From NCBI RefSeq assembly GCF_963921235.1, contig NC_086097.1, positions 93,744,001 through 93,808,000 of the forward strand: a DNA stretch of 64,000 nt, written 5' to 3'. Source of the stretch: Mobula hypostoma. Taxonomy: Eukaryota. The notes under the pieces were generated by a model that was given only the letters and a program-made list of their open reading frames with translations, was not told where the DNA came from and made no database searches. A program made the position numbers and the translations under genes. Positions 61,405 through 64,000 of the stretch are shown one piece after another; position 1 is the stretch's first letter, and each line of letters starts with the position of its first letter.

Positions 61405-61710
61405 AGGCACCTGTTAGTCTTGTGAGACCATGGATCTGCACCTGGAAAGTCTTCACTCTGCAGGGTGCAGGCCTGGGCAAGGTTGCATGGAAGACCGGTA
61501 GTTGCCCATGCTGCAGGTCTCCTCTCTCCACGACACCGATGTTGTCCAAGGGAAGGGCAAGGTCCAATACAGCTTGGCACCAGTGTCGTCGCAGAGCACT
61601 GTGTGGTTAAGTGCCTTTCTCAAGGATACAACACGCTGCCTTGGCTGGGGTTCGAACTCACGACCTTCAGATCGCTAATGGTATGCCTTAACCACTTGGC
61701 CATGTGCTCA
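61405..61710 (-). mobile_element. tRNA-derived SINE
   Basis: Same tRNA head as 50823 on - strand with a different tail; the tail is also present at about 24455-24590. Confidence 0.8.
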
Positions 61711-61774
61711 CATAGACAAGCAAAATGGGCAATTGGATACAAATCAAAATTCAACAGTAAATGTGGTTTGTTTC

Positions 61775-64000
61775 CATTTACTTGTTGATGGAGAAACCAC
61801 TGTGTTTATTAAATGATGGAGTACAACCCTGTGCTTATTTGATGATAGAGTACACCCCTGTATTTATTTGATGATGGGCTACGTCCCTGTCCTTATTTAA
61901 TGATGGAGTACATTTGTGTACTTATTTGATGATGCAGTTCACCCCTGTGTTTATTTGATGATGGAGTATATCCCTGTGTTTATTTGATGATGGAGTATGA
62001 GTCTGTATTTATTTGATGATGCAGTACATCGCTGTGTTTATTTGATGATGCAGTACACCCCTGCGTGTATTTGATGACAGAGTATGTCCCTGTGTTTATT
62101 TGATAATTGAGTATGTCCCTGTGGGTATTTGATGATTGAGTATGTCTCTTTCTTTATTTGATGATGGAGTACGTAACTGTGTTTATTTGTGGATGGAGTC
62201 ACCCCTGGGTTTATTTGATGATGGAGTACATCCGTGTGTTTATTTGATGATGGATTACGTCCCTGTATTTATTTGATGATGCAGTACATCCCTGTGTTTA
62301 TTTGATGATGCAGTACACCCTGTGTGTATTTGATGATAGAGTATGTCCCTTTGTATATTTGATGATGGAGTACACCCATTTTTATTCGATGATGGAGTAC
62401 ATCCCTCTGTTTATTTCGTGATGGAGTATGTTGCTGTGTTTATTTGATGATGAATTACTTCCCTTTCTTTATTTCATGATGGTGTACATCTCTAGGTCTA
62501 TTTGATTGGGGAGTACCTCCGTGTGTTTATTTGATGATGGAGTACACCCCTATATTTATTGACGGAGTACATCCCTGTATTTATTTGATGATGGAATACA
62601 TCCCTGTGTTTATTTGATGATGGAGTACACCCCTGTGTTTATTTGATAATGGAGAATGTTCCTGTATTTATTTGATGATGCAATACATTGCTGTGTTTAT
62701 GTGATGATGCAGTACACTCATATGTATTTGATGATAGAGTATGTCCCTGTGTTTATTTGATAATTAATTACGTTCCTGTGGGTACTTGATGATTGACTAT
62801 GTCTCTTTGTTTATTTGATGATGGTGTACGTCACTGTGTTTATTTGTTGATGGAGTCACCCCTGTTTTTATTTGATGATGGAGTACGTCCCTGTGATTAT
62901 TTGATGATGGAGTACATCCGTGTGTTTATTTGCTGATGGAGTACATCCCTTTCTTCTTTTCATGATGGTTTACGTTCTTGTATACATTTGATTGTGGAGT
63001 ACTTCCTTGTGTTTATATGATGATGGAGTATGTTCCTGTATTTATTTGATGATGCAGTACTTCCCTGTGTGCATTTGATGATAGAATATGTCCCTGTGGG
63101 TATTTGATGACTGAGTATGTCTCTTTGTTTATTTAGTGATGGAGTATGCCCCAGAGTTTATTTGATGATAGGGACACCCCTGTGTTTATTTATGATGGAT
63201 TGCCTCCCTCCATTGATTTGATGATGGGTACACCACTGTGTTTATTTGATGATGGAGTACACCCCTGTGTTTATTTGTTGCTGGAGTCACCCCTGGGTTT
63301 ATTTGATGATGGAGTATGTCCCTTTATATATTTGATGATGGAGTACACCTGTTTTTATTTAATGATGGAGTACATCCCTCTTGTTTATTTCATGATGGAA
63401 TACGTCACTGTGTTTATTTGATGATGGAGTACATCCCTTTATTTATTTCACGATGATGAACATTCCTGTGTCTATTTGATGGGGAGTACCTCCATGTGTT
63501 CATTTGACAATGGAGTACGTCCCTGTGTTTTATTTGGAGAACAGCCCTGTGCTTACTTAATGAGGAAGAACACCCCTGTGTTTATTTGATGATAGGGTGT
63601 GTCCCTGAGTGTATTCGATGATGGAGAACCTTGGTGTGTTTATTTTATGATGGACTACGTTCCTGTATTTATTTGTTGATGGAGTTACTCCTGTGTTTAA
63701 CTGATGATGAAATACACCCCTGTCTTTATTTGGTGATGGGTATGTCCCTGAGTATATTTGATGATGGAGCACCTTGGTGTGTTTATTTTATGATGGATTA
63801 CGTCCCTGTGTTTATTTGATGATAGAGTACACCCTGTGTTTACTTGACGATGGAATATGTCCCTGTGTATATTTGGTGATGAAGTACCTTCCTGTGTTTA
63901 TTTGATGATGGAGTACACCCCTGTGTTTATTTCATGATGGAGTACCTCCCTTTGTATATTTGATGATGATGTACGTCCCTGTGTTTATTTGCTGATGGGG
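61775..64000. repeat. 29-bp satellite array running off the window end
   Basis: More than 70 diverged copies of ttatttgatgatggagtacacccctgtgt. Confidence 0.97.

Overview
Eukaryotic, repeat-rich vertebrate genomic DNA. The repeat repertoire (CR1, Rex1/Babar, Penelope-like elements, tRNA-SINEs) suggests a cartilaginous fish, which is an inference. The only host gene I can support is MAPKBP1 (WD40 protein, WDR62 paralogue) on the + strand. It has 11 internal coding exons between 29821 and 60365 with GT-AG sites and consistent phases (1482 nt, 494 codons), including an 18-nt microexon at 35709-35726 that is easy to miss. Its 5' and 3' exons were not found in the window. Most of the remainder is transposon-derived: nested CR1 LINEs, two families of GIY-YIG Penelope-like elements (PLEs), Rex1/Babar and R4/Dong fragments, Tc1, Tigger, hAT MITEs, solo LTRs, SINEs, two minisatellites and two assembly gaps. 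The most notable non-coding signal is a minimal type-I hammerhead ribozyme (CUGANGA-stem II-GAAACGUC, palindromic ACGU in place of stem III) in the PLE terminal repeats. It occurs intact or decayed at about 10 or more sites. PLE insertions occur as TSD-flanked inverted pairs, partial tandems joined at the ribozyme cleavage site, and tiny 110-320 bp ORF-less units. Repeat family names come from motif recognition, not database searches, and many repeat boundaries are approximate.
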